DNA of 63,991 nt, the filler included, from Asterionella formosa (Eukaryota): NCBI GenBank assembly GCA_002256025.1. It is 18 parts of 18 records of this genome, joined end to end, with 100 filler letters (N's around TTAATTAATTAA, not from the genome) between each part and the next. Parts side by side here need not be neighbours in the genome. Positions count along the whole stretch, not along the records: positions 1 to 30,099 come from NKIB01000902.1; 17 more parts are not named here. One strand, 5' to 3'. This document shows positions 1 through 11,633 of the stretch, piece after piece. Every line of letters begins with the position of its first letter. Within the stretch, counting starts at the first letter, position 1. The notes below the pieces were generated by a model. It did no database searches, was not told the origin of the DNA, and saw nothing but the letters and a program-made list of their open reading frames with translations. Both the position numbers and the translations under genes were made by a program.

Positions 1-710
1 AGGATAACACTGGAGCGATTTTCCTAAGCAAAAACCAACAAGTTGGATCAAGGACAAAGCATATTGATGTCAGATATCATTTTATACGTGAGAAGACTGA
101 AGATGGATATGTTGTTGTGGTCTATGTACAAACATGTGAAAACCCTAGTGACCTGCTGTCAAAGAATGTAACTCAGAAGGTACATGAATCGCATGCATAT
201 GATATTTGCAATGGGACAATGGATTGTTGGAACTGGAACAGGGAGGATGTCAAGATTTAGTACTGCGTGCATATTAGTTCAGTCGAACTAATCAATCTTG
301 AATAATATTCCAGCCAAAATCCCGTATTGAAATGCTGTGAGAATTTGAACAGCATTGATTGCCAAGAACTATATCAGCAAACCAAGGTAAATATTCGAAT
401 GGAGAATGTTCTAAGTAATCAATATTTCAATGAAGGAAAGGTATATACGCAATGCAGATAGCATTGAATATTCACGATTGTTCTACTAAGTGAGTGGAGT
501 TGAGTTGTCAGTTGAGAATTGAATGTCTAACAACACAATGAATATCTATATACAAATTTGGGAAGAGAACCTTAATAATTGGTCATGTGAACGATTACAA
601 GATAGATCAAATAAGCTCACAATAAGGTGGGATTAGAACAGAAGGTTTTAATACACTGAGCTTGTCTAGAAAGAGCTAGCATTGCAGTCAGACTGCAGAA
701 GAATTTAACA
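1..710 (+). mobile_element. Ty1/copia element, 3' end (family A): RNase H end (1-260), polypurine tract and 463-bp 3' LTR (248-710)
   Basis: Translates to EDNTGAIFLSKN..RTKHIDVRYHFIRE..NPSDLLSK..REDVKI*. The PPT AGGGAGGA directly precedes TGTCAAG and the LTR ends GAATTTAACA. The end is defined by the near-identical reverse copy at 39084-39790, which diverges immediately after this CA. Confidence 0.92.
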
Positions 711-739
711 CAAGGTGACATTGGCGGGTCAATGATGCA

Positions 740-1235
740 TACATGTTGAATCGAATGAATCAAAGAGGGTACCGGTACGGTAACTAACATGTGTTACCAG
801 GTACCTGGTACCTGGTACCAGTATGTTGAAATATATGGCGCCTACTCTAGCGCGCTCCAGTACTGCCCTGGAATGACCGGTCAAGATCTTTCTCGCGCCG
901 CTCGTCTGCAGAATCTTCTGCTATATAAATCCTGTCTATTCCCGTTTAGACATTCCTCAGACTACCTAGTCTTCGGACACCTGTCGACATCAACAGCCTA
1001 ACAGACACACTCTGACACCAGTACTGTATGTAGATCAGAATTCGAAAACAATCTGCACCACCATCAGTAAAACCCATGATTCTATAAAGACATGAGGAAT
1101 GATTACAATCAGTCTCTGTCACATTGTTGTTCATATCTAATCCATACAGCTTATTTGGTCCCTGACGTATCCTTACAGGACCCCCTTACAGGATACAAGA
1201 AAGCAATAGGTAGGCTTCGGGATGCAATTTCAACA
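740..1235 (+). mobile_element. Older, interrupted LTR remnant (family C), homologous to the LTR at 53398-53664
   Basis: Shared blocks TTGAATCGAATGAATCAA, GAATTCGAAAACAATCT and TATTTGGTCCCTGACGT..TTACAGGATACAAGAAAGCA..GCTTCGGGA(T/C)GCAATTTCAACA, ending in CA. Confidence 0.8.
824..1017 (+). mobile_element. Probable short solo LTR inserted in the family C LTR
   Basis: Starts TGTTGA and contains TATATAAAT. Ends TGACA (1017), with an alternative TCAACA end at 995. CCAGTA flanks both sides (818-823, 1018-1023). The segment is absent from the homologous LTR at 53398-53664. Confidence 0.55.
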
Positions 1236-2157
1236 GTTTTAATGAAATTGCTTATCCAGCCAGGAAGTGCTGCACAGCACAAGAAACAACATCAAGGGGA
1301 CTGTGGAGAGTCCAAGTCAAGAATATTGTGTATTGTTTTCCATTTTTGCATGCTTTCATTTAAATCATTGACAACAACATCGGCTGCAACAGCATGAACT
1401 TGCTGTGTTGCAATTTCTTGACCCAAATGAAGATTTTGAAGCCACAATATCACAAGTTGTGGCTACATTGCAAGTTACAGAAGACCTTTTCCACCATTTT
1501 GAATCCTAATAATGTGGAAGACAAACAAGGAGGAGAAGATGGAGATTGAGGAGGAGTACTACTTAAAGTAGTTTTACTTAAAGTAGGACATGAACATGAA
1601 CCTCTAGGAGACAAAATGAGTAAATGTGAAAATTCATACTTGAGAGTGTCTCTTTCCTCTTCATGGGCCCCAGTTAGGAATTGTTGTCTTGTGCTCAATC
1701 AATTCAACAAATCTATTCTGGTATAATATGAACCATTTTTTGTATCAAGGGAGGATACATGTACACTATGTATTTATAGTCAGCGTTTTTGTTGAGATCT
1801 GACATTGCCCACAAAAAATGTAAATTTGGAAGATTTTTACCTGTATACATTTGCATACCTGCAATGGATAATATAGATTGATTGGTTATACATTTGATCA
1901 CAAATGCTTTTCTTTTTTATGTATAGAATATATACATTGAAAACGTAACAAAATGGACAAACGCAGAGATTTTGTTTTATTGTATACATTGATGACAGTG
2001 GTATCCATTGCAACTTTTTTATCATTTATCATCAAGATTCTGACTATAGTTGATTAGTATGAATAAGTAGACAGTAGTTTAGGATCACCAGCATCCATCC
2101 ATACAAAGAGATAACCCTTTTTATAGTTTTCCCGCTTCTTTCTTCCCACTAAACATT

Positions 2158-3696
2158 TTACTTCAAATACGTTTCAATCACATTTGCAATATCTTCCTTC
2201 CCTGTCACTGCCTCAAAGTCAAAGTCCTTCCCAGTAATCATTTCATACAAGGTAATGTACCGTCTTGCCAACTCCAAAACCAACTCCCGAGGTGCTTCTG
2301 GCAATACTGCATCCGCATCGTAAGGGTCGCAATTGTCACGAAACCACAGTCTCAAAAATTCCTTGTCAATATTTTCTGGTTCCAATCCAGCCAACAGGCG
2401 CTCTTCATAAGTCGATGCCAACCAATATCGACTACTATCGGGTGTATGGATTTCATCAATGAGCAATATTTCTCCTAATGATACTGAGTCAGAGTCATTC
2501 ACATGTTTACCAAATTCATATTTGGTATCCACCAAGAGCAACCCATGAGACAATGCCACCTCTTGTCCACGAGCAAATAATTTCAATGCTGCCTCATGAC
2601 AAATATCAAAGTCTTGTTGTGTCATCCATCCCTCCTCCACAACATCCTTGGGTGAAATGGGTCGATCGTGATGCTCTTCCTTGGTGGTGGGAGTTAGAAT
2701 GGCCCCACCTGGGAGGGATTGGTTCTTTACCATGTCGTCCTTCAAGGTATATCCACAATAGTCCCGTGAGCCGGCTTGATAATGCTTCCAGATGGATGTG
2801 TCTGTTGACCCTGTCAAGTATGCTCTCACAACAAATTCAATAGGGAATGGAGTGCATTTTTTGACGATACTAACATTGGGGTGTGGGACATGGATCAGAT
2901 GATTTCCAATAATATCCTTGGTACAGTCACACCAAAAGGCGGCAGTCAAATTCAAGACAGCTCCCTTGAATGGTACAACAGCCAATTGTCTATCGAATCC
3001 TGATTGCCGATCGGTCGTTACGAGTGCCAATGTCGTGGGACCTACATATGTGTCGCGGACCTTGCCAGAAACGGTGGGGTTGTTGGTTGTAACGATTTGT
3101 TGATGAGTATCAAAGCAAGTGGCAATGGTATCCAAATAATAGGGCGATTGAGTGTTGTATTGAGCATCCATGGCAAGGTGAGACAGTCTCGCTACTTGCA
3201 TGGCCTGTTGAATACAGCGCCGAGTTGTTTCTGATGCGAGGCCGCAATGTTTGGCAATAGCGAGAGCTGTGGCTTCGTTGTTGTTGTTGTTGTTGCTGCT
3301 GCTGCCGCTGAACGGAATGGTGAGGACAGGAGCTGGTGTCTCTAGAGCAGTAAATGCAGTACCAGCATGAGTACTACCGGTAGTCAAGTGCACAAACAAC
3401 ATGGGTGCGTCCGTAGCAAGGAATCGATCGAGAGGCACTCGAGCCGATCGCACTGAAACGTGCTTGACTGAGAATTTGGAAGACAGTAGCTGACAAACTT
3501 CATTAGCGCCCATTTGTTGCTCTTGGCTTTCGATGAGGAGGATGACTTTCATTTCGTTTGTCGTTCCAGCCACTGATGGGTGTTGTGTAGGATATCCTAG
3601 TAGTAGTAATTGCATGTACTCCGTACTTGAATTGAATTGTGGCCAACTCTGGGTAGTGATTGATGCTGGGTCGTCGTCGTTTGTCTGTGCATGCAT
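2158..3696 (-). CDS. purC: SAICAR synthetase (PurC/Ade1) with an N-terminal degenerate PurE-like domain; true start may be Met at 3552
   Basis: Motifs GKVRD, TTDRQSGFDR..PFKGAVLN, PIEFVVRAYLTGS, LTPTTK, LLVDTKYEFG, DEIHTPDSSRYW, ENIDKEFLRLWF. Uninterrupted ORF. Confidence 0.93.
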   Translation of the reverse strand: MHAQTNDDDPASITTQSWPQFNSSTEYMQLLLLGYPTQHPSVAGTTNEMKVILLIESQEQQMGANEVCQLLSSKFSVKHVSVRSARVPLDRFLATDAPMLFVHLTTGSTHAGTAFTALETPAPVLTIPFSGSSSNNNNNNEATALAIAKHCGLASETTRRCIQQAMQVARLSHLAMDAQYNTQSPYYLDTIATCFDTHQQIVTTNNPTVSGKVRDTYVGPTTLALVTTDRQSGFDRQLAVVPFKGAVLNLTAAFWCDCTKDIIGNHLIHVPHPNVSIVKKCTPFPIEFVVRAYLTGSTDTSIWKHYQAGSRDYCGYTLKDDMVKNQSLPGGAILTPTTKEEHHDRPISPKDVVEEGWMTQQDFDICHEAALKLFARGQEVALSHGLLLVDTKYEFGKHVNDSDSVSLGEILLIDEIHTPDSSRYWLASTYEERLLAGLEPENIDKEFLRLWFRDNCDPYDADAVLPEAPRELVLELARRYITLYEMITGKDFDFEAVTGKEDIANVIETYLK

Positions 3697-5249
3697 CGCT
3701 CACAGATGAATCACATTTTTTTATAGACTGCATATAATGCAATATATTAGGCATATGACATGCAATCTGCCTACCGGGTATACCTACATTTTATGCACAT
3801 ACCGGGTATTCATGTATACCTGTATCGGTCGTCCTTGGTCGGAGACAGAGTTCAAAATGATCATATCCATTCATTTTTCGGTTCTGCGGTCAAACAGCAT
3901 TCTAGCTACCGGTAGCAGTGGTCTACCGGTTGTTAGTATGTACTCCGAGTACCGGTACTGGAACTGTTACAGGAAGAAAAGGTTCCCTGATGAACACTCT
4001 CACTCAGACGAATTGAGCTTGCTTGTTGACCATCTTGTACCAGGTACCAGGGTACCACCATTGTACAAGCTAGTACTACAATCCTAGTCATTACCATCAC
4101 CACTATACACTCGAAACGCTAGCCTGCTACCAATAAAAGTAGGGTAAAGCTGGCTTGATATATAACAGTAACAGATTCAAGCTGCTAGTAGCAACTACCT
4201 GAGGAGCCTAACTACATAGTTCACTCTGGAGTGCTGATTATGAGGGGGTTGGTCCCTCCTTGCTATCAGGTAGCTCCTCCTAGCTACCTCCTGCTACCAG
4301 CATATATTGCCCCAATACTACTTTTAGATGCATCATTGCTTGCTGCTGCTGATTCCTGATTCACCAGAGCAAGAAGATGAAGAAGAAGCAGCATTGAGCA
4401 ATGAGGCAGCTATCCTATAGTTATATTCTTAAAGATATACTAGCATTGTACTATTGCCCGCCCTACTTCACTGCAGTACTAGGGAATGTAGGCTACAGTA
4501 CAGTCATCACTTATTATGGTCTGAATAAATGATCAGGGGGCAGCCATGGGGATTGAACAATGATGAACCAAGTTCTCAAAAGTTGGTTGAGGAGTTCTAT
4601 TTGCACATTACTAACATGTATGTTCACAGATTTAGATGAACTCTTACCCAGTAGCTTTATTAGCAATGATGTACTCCGTATCTTTATCCTATACAGTATA
4701 TTTAATTTTTTAAAGCCAAATGACCGCAACTTGCTGGTACGACCAGCATTTACATTCAATGACATGTACAATAGATACATAGTATTGAGTAGAAAGGATT
4801 GCTTCTACGGACGATGGACAGCCGCTGATACTGGTACTGAAAAGATCCAACACAAAGATATACATATATTTAAATAAATGGCATATCTAAGATATAACTC
4901 TAGATATTTGGATGATATATTACCGGCATATTTTATTCACTCTAAGATCGCATCGTCATTTTGCTAAATATCACCGTACCCGGTAGATTGTTTGGTTCCG
5001 CCCTTGCTATGCTCTGCCTGTGACAGTGCATGTCATAGTATCCATAATTTCCATTTAATCGTCGTCCCTGTTCTCAATGAAATGAACGACAAGCACAATA
5101 GCTAATATCTTTATGATTCCTGGGATTATATTAATGATAGCATCCTTCCTTCACAATCTTTCGACCTAATCTACCAGCACGGCGTATGTTGAGGCGAGAA
5201 TCCATTGAACCACACACACACACACACAAACACACACACATCAGTCAGT

Positions 5250-6809
5250 ATGGACATGACGCAGAGGAGCATGACTAGTGACAATGACGGCCAAAACGAC
5301 GACGACGACGACAGCACTGACGAAGAACACGAATTAGATCACGTTGCCAAACGACCTCGACGAGAATGGTCACCAGGACCTCAAGTTCCTCCGGCTCCGC
5401 CATCCACTCCGGCTTCGCTAGTCGAAGCTAGAACTCCCCATGGGCCCATTCCTCTCATTCCCTACATACAAAACGCAGACGCCTTGGAACGAGATCAGTT
5501 GGCCAGTGGAGAACTGGCGACGCCAGCTCCGACCAAAAGCAATGCAGCAGTCATGGCTAAAAACCAATTGGACGACTTTTATCAATGGACAGTGGGGAGC
5601 CGGTATGAACTCATCCGGATGTTGGGAAGAGGCTCCTATGGACAAGTAGCTCAAGCCAAGGATCTTTGGGACGACAACAGGTTGGTTGCCATTAAACGAA
5701 TCGCCAGCGCATTTGAACAAGAGGTGGATGCAGTTAGATTGTATCGAGAAATACACATTTTGACACAATTGCGGGGTCATGATTGTATTATTCGATTGTT
5801 GAATGTCATCGAGCCAGAATCGCTGGAGCAATTTACCGACCTGTACCTTGTCTTTGAATGTGAGTAATACAGCCATGCTCGGTACAGTATTCCCATGGAT
5901 CAGTCATGATTGCCGCAGGTAGATATGATTGATGATAAACTCTTTCCTCACTTCATGCATTCTCTCCTTCTTGGATTAGATGTTGATACCGATTTGTACA
6001 AACTGATCATGTCGCCCCAGTATCTAACAACAGAGCACATTCAGGTAACCCACAATTTTACAAGAGTTGTAATAAATTGTTTGCATATCATCCATCCAAC
6101 TCACTCCTGTTTTGTCAACTCGGTATTAGACCTTTCTATATCAAATGCTAGCTGGACTCAAGTTTATTCATTCATCCTCAGTGATTCATAGAGATTTGGT
6201 ACGTGCATGATATGGCAACTTCCAATGTTTACACTTGCATAATAAAATGGAAAGCACCTTTCTTCACTCACGCGGTCTTTCTTTTGTTGGGAATTCCTCA
6301 GAAACCAGCCAATATACTATTGAATGAGGATTGTTCGCTTAAGGTAGGATCAAAACAAAACAAAAACTGTTCAAACACTGCATCTCGTTGTGCATAAAAC
6401 CGTTTTCTCGGTGGAGACATTTCTATCTCTCTCTCTCACACACACACACACATGTATTTCTATCGTCATTTTTAGATTTGTGATTTTGGATTAGCAAGAA
6501 TCGTCGACACATCTAGCATGAGTCAGGGTGCTGCTGCTGCTGCTTCTGTTCCAAATGGTAATTTGAGAATAGGACAGCTTTCTCCGGTACGTTAAAATAT
6601 AATGCAGCAGAACATTTAGTACTAAGACCATTTGAAGCAGAATGAGCTTTGTATCTAACACATCACCTTCTAACAAAATAAAACAAAACAGAAAGGAGAG
6701 TTAGAAACAAACGAGGTACAAGTTGATAAGGAAGGGTTGTGTTCAACTCCAGTAAGTAGTTTGTCCGTCAACAATGAATAGTGAAACATATTTTTTCTAC
6801 ATGGCATCG

Positions 6810-6840
<31 letters not shown>

Positions 6841-7671
6841 AGGGGCGCTATCTCATCCTTTATTCTTTAATTACAATAAGAAACGAGGATTAACACGTCA
6901 ACTTACCAAACATGTCGTGACACGATGGTACCGAGCACCTGAACTAATCTTAGTCCAACCCTATACGTCTGCGGTTGATATTTGGAGCATTGGGTGTATT
7001 TTGGCTGAGCTGCTAAGTATGCAGGAAGGTAACTATCAAGATCGATCCCCGCTCTTCCCTGGAGGATCCTGCTACCCATTAAGTGGCAAGGAAGACGGCG
7101 GTGAAGATGATCGTCTAGACCAATTGAATGTCATCCTGGAAGTACTTGGTACACCAAATGCAAAAGAATTGGAATGGGTCGGAACGAAGGTAAGCACAAA
7201 AATTTGTTTACCGAAAGTTTTTATATTCATAGTCCCTTCAAGACACCGCTCATAGACACTTGTTTTTGTACTACTGCACTCTCTCTTAACCAGGGATTGG
7301 ACTACATCAATGGATTGGGTCCCAAATCAAGTAAAACATTTGAAACCATGTACCCCGTAGCTGACCCTGGAGCCATTGACCTACTCCGCCAGATGCTTCA
7401 CTTCAACCCTAAAAATCGAATCACAGCAAGTGAAGCATTAGAGCATGATTTTTTCAAGACAGTCCGACGAAAAGAGTTTGAATTGGATGGTGCTGCTTTG
7501 GAGGGACCAGCCTTTCTTGAAGCCTCAACAGTTGACTTGGAAACACTTCGACAGAAGACTTTTGAAGAAGTGATGTGGTATAGCAAGCAAAACAGTGGCC
7601 AGGAAAGGACAATGAATCATGAGGTTGCTGTCATCAATGGAAAGGCAACCCATGGAGGTGAAAACATGTAA
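5250..7671 (+). CDS. Atypical MAP kinase with T-K-H activation motif; 8 exons: 5250-5859, 5980-6044, 6130-6198, 6302-6343, 6476-6586, 6692-6751, 6881-7189, 7294-7671
   Basis: GT-AG splicing joins in frame [82 protein letters not shown] and [10 protein letters not shown]. Boundaries of exons 5-6 are less certain. Confidence 0.9.
6812..6840 (+). repeat. G29 homopolymer in MAPK intron 6
   Basis: Directly visible run of 29 G followed by AGGGG. Confidence 0.9.
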
Positions 7672-8219
7672 GAGGGAGCAAAATGTACATTTGTGTTGTT
7701 GAACTTCGAACTTGCAGTTCAGTTAAGGTTTGAAGCACCAATTGTGTGCATCCAACTGTCCATGTTGGAGCTCAAAAACATTTTTGTGATTTGTATGTCA
7801 CCCAATAATTAAACTGTATGATGATGGACTGTGTAATTGATGTGTACTGATGACTTGCCATTGATATGGTCTAATAGGTGGCTTCTCTACTACATGTCAA
7901 GTTTTCCATCATGTTTGTAATGACACATACACAACAAACACACACACACACACTTACCAGTAGAGTAGTGCATTTACATGTTTCGGCCATTTCGTAAATG
8001 ACACATATGGAAATACTTATTCTCTTGCTTCTGCTACTCCTGCAAAATTCCTAACTCCTCCAACCCCAATGACAGCATTCCTGAAACCCTCTGGGTTGCT
8101 CCAAATACTCTACATCGCCATTCCATGTTTCCTAGGTATGTCTGTTCTGGCGTTACAATCGGCGAAAAGTGCCACATCACTGCTAACATGCATGCATGTA
8201 GGTGAGGAAATGTGATCAT

Positions 8220-8545
8220 GGTACCTGGTACCAGGTACCAGGGTTCCAGGATACTACCGCTATACAGTGCCGGTACCTGGTACCAGTAGCAGGTACCGGT
8301 AGTCTAGTACATAAAGTAGGATGTCATGAGCCAGCGATGCGATGACCAAATCCAGCGATATCGTATCATGCTCTATGTATGTACTCCGTACCTAGTACCA
8401 TGTACCACAGAAATATTGAACATGTGCACAACAATAATATTTCAAAATGACTCCGTGCTGACGTCATGCGTCGCTGCACCACATTGTACCACTACCATAG
8501 ACCTACTGGTACCAGGTACCAGGTAACTCGTACCAGTACCAGTAT
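8220..8545. repeat. Cluster of palindromic (CCAGGTA/TACCTGG)n and TACCGGTA micro-repeats; similar clusters at ~796, 4037, 11195-11535, 23300, 23562, 31293, 31694, 44690, 44940
   Basis: Perfect palindrome GGTACCTGGTACCAGGTACC at ~8220 and many variants, almost all intergenic. Confidence 0.85.
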
Positions 8546-8638
8546 ACAGCACAAGATCAGATTCATTCCATACATCAACGGTATCATGTTTTATAAATAT
8601 ATTTTATGATATTTTTCATCCTGTAGCTATCCGTCCTC

Positions 8639-11051
8639 ATGTCATCAAGCCGATCGTCATCTACTCGCAGTTCGACCCCGTCGAAGCTGTCCCCGCCTCT
8701 GCTTCGGCAAGCACTTCGCTTGATCCATTGCTTGCAAAAGGAGCGAGGGGCGTCGTCCGCGTACAGCGTGTCGAGTCAGTTCTTATCCAACATGGAAGCT
8801 GCTCGCCAGCAGTCCGATGTGGCGCTGCTGTTATTTGCCAGGAAGGATCCACGGCTGCGCATTGCGACCACATTGGGTAAAATAAGAGCTCAGCTAGACG
8901 AGAATAACGCAGCAGCCGAGACGGACGAGGAGGAGCTCCTCATTACCAAATTCCATCGCATCCTTGTCTTGTTCAACACTCTCATTGGGTCTGTTGTGCA
9001 CACTTACATCTTGCAGCATGTCAACAATTCGACTTGCAGAATTCAAGTAAATGCTGCTGCTACGTCAAAAAATCAAATTATGAAGAGATCCAGCAGTGTG
9101 GAGAGCTTCGTTCCCTGCAAGGTCCCTCCTTTGCCTTCGAGAAATCCGAGAAATTCAAGTGTAGGGACTTTTGGCGACGTGAAAAACCTCGGGTGGACAC
9201 CAAAGCCCAACGAGAGTTTTAAGGAGGAACCTGCAACCGCTATCGGTCAGTCACCGAAATCTGCAGCTAGGAATGGATCGCGTCGAAAAATTATTAGTTT
9301 TGATGCCAAGACGATGGAGAGCTTTGTCAGACCAGATCCAGCGACCTGCTTGCTGAATCTATTGAGCTGCTTTGTTAGACTCAAGGAAAGCACCGGACTA
9401 GAGCGAGCGCTTTTATCGGGTATGCTTTCCATTGGAGCCGTGCATCCGAGACTACTGGCGGACTTAATTCTGGAAGTGGAGAATCAGTCCTCATTGGTGG
9501 AGGAACTGAGAGAGCAAACCATTGCGGAAGCATCGCTGCTTCAGTTGATTCGAGAAGGTGTGATACTACCACAGCAACTTCAAGAACTACAACAACAAAT
9601 TCTTCAAAGATTCAATCTATCTGGGATACAATTGCCATCCACTCAATCTGTCTGGAATATCATTACTGTATACATGGATCGACTGCACTCATTAGAGCTA
9701 CTGTTAATTGAAGAATTAGAATCAGCGCTAGCAACGAGCCCATCGCTCTCGGTGGAGCCTCCAAGATTAGAAGACACGCCTGCTATTCTACAGTCCATCC
9801 TCCGAGACTTGTACTGGGAAGACTTACCATCGGAATTAATAAAATCCAAACTCCTTGAATATATGGGAAGAAATGCGTCATCGTCGAATAGTATCATTGA
9901 TCGAAACATCCCGGGTCCCATTAGTCGCACCGAAACACAGTCATCGTTCGGCAACGAAGTAGCGCAAGAAAAATCTGAATGGGACATTAACCTCTATGAA
10001 ATTCAATTTCAAAAACGAATTGGCCGCGGCACAGCAGGGACGACGTACCTTGCTCTGTGGTCAGGCCAAGAAGTTGCTGTTAAGGTTGCTGCTATAACTG
10101 AAATGGGGTTGGAAGGGTGGAAGACCGAAACAGCATCGCTTCAGAGATTGCATCATCCCAATATTATCCGCTTACTTGGCAGTATCTACAACCCGTCCCC
10201 CCTCACGTATTGTTTAGTATTGGAATATTGCAATGCTGGAGATCTAGGGGCTGCTCTCTTACAGCCAGCACCATCCAACTTTTTTGATCGCGTTAGCAAG
10301 GATATGGCAAATGGATTAGCATTTCTTCATTCACGAGATGTGATTCATCGAGATATAAAGGTACGTTTGCCTCATGTTTTTCATTTTTTTGGTCTCGCCC
10401 TAACCACTTTTTTGGCTCACATTTTGCCATGGCCTCCATATGTACTACTACTATCAGCCTGCCAATGTCTTGTTGCATGGAAATGTAATTAAGGGTGAAT
10501 TTTCTGCCAAAGTAACAGATTTTGGTGTAGCTACCAACCAAACGTTCCATGGGACAAACCGAACCGCCGAAACAGGCACGTACCGATGGATGGCCCCAGA
10601 GGTGATTCGCCACGAGTCCTATACCGAGACTGCTGACGTTTACTCCTTCGCTGTTGTTTTATGGCAGTTGATAACTAGAGAAGATCCATTTTTTGATAAA
10701 TCGCCAATTGAAGCTGCAGGAAAAGTCGCCTTGGAGTTGGCGCGACCCGAGTTTCCAAGGGGCACGCCAGTATCTGTGTCAACTCTGATTCAATGTTGCT
10801 GGAATGAAGACCCCCATCGTCGTTTAGGCTTTGAGGATGTTTTAAAACAATTGTCACTCGTGGAGCTTAGTGAGTCTGAACGAATGTGGCTGCAAGAACC
10901 ATTTGGACATCCAATCTACAATATTAAGGAAGACCCAGAATTAGCTGCCGGGAGTAATCAGATTCCATTAAGATTACCATTATTAGAAGGGATATTGGAG
11001 GCCAATAAGCCAGTAAAGAAAGGGTTGAGGAAATTTTTCTCAAAGAAATGA
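8639..11051 (+). CDS. NIT (nitrate/nitrite-sensing) domain fused to a TKL/Raf-like protein kinase; exons 8639-10360 and 10458-11051 (~771 aa)
   Basis: NIT signatures LIHCLQKERGAS, FVRLKESTGLERALL and VWNIITVYMDRLHSLE. Kinase motifs GRGTAG, VAVK, HPNII, HRDIK|PAN (joined across a GTACGT..TATCAG intron), DFG, TAETGTYRWMAPE and DVYSFAVVLW. No obvious transmembrane segment. Confidence 0.88.
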
Positions 11052-11633
11052 TTGCAAGTGTTGAACGCTCGACATGAAATGTTTTTGTAAAAGTAAGTGA
11101 CTGCTATTTGAAATGTAATTTAAATTCGGAGATGGTAAATTCCACACAAGAAGCAGTCGAATTTTACTCGCCGGAGCCATCAAGTGAGATATCAGGTACC
11201 AGGTACAGTGCATTACAAGTCTGGCAGTAGTACCGGTACCACCGGTGGTACCAGGTACCAAGCACAGCAGTGTACCAGGTATGGTACCTGGTACCAAGTA
11301 ACCAGGTGCAGGATACGACAGCAACAACAACAACCCCCGTTCGTGTCCTCCTCCTCCATCAGCATTTCCTAAAATTATTGGCTGAGCGCGCGATGGGTAT
11401 GATAAAATAATTAATATCCTGACCTTGCTTGCTCGTTTCACTTCTGAGCATCAAAAGTGAATATCAGGTACCTGGTGGTACCAGGTGTAATATACCGTAG
11501 TAAGCCCAGGTACCAGAAACCTGGTACCAGGTACAATTTGTACCGCACCAGTAGCATAAGTCAGAGGATCGTTTGCCATCACCATCATAGCTACGACTAC
11601 TAATAATCAGTTGACTGTGACCATTCCATCATC

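Noticed and set aside
6812..6845. G29 run as a functional G-quadruplex
   Set aside because: Long poly-G is a common two-colour sequencing artefact and homopolymer length is unreliable; it cannot be supported without reads.
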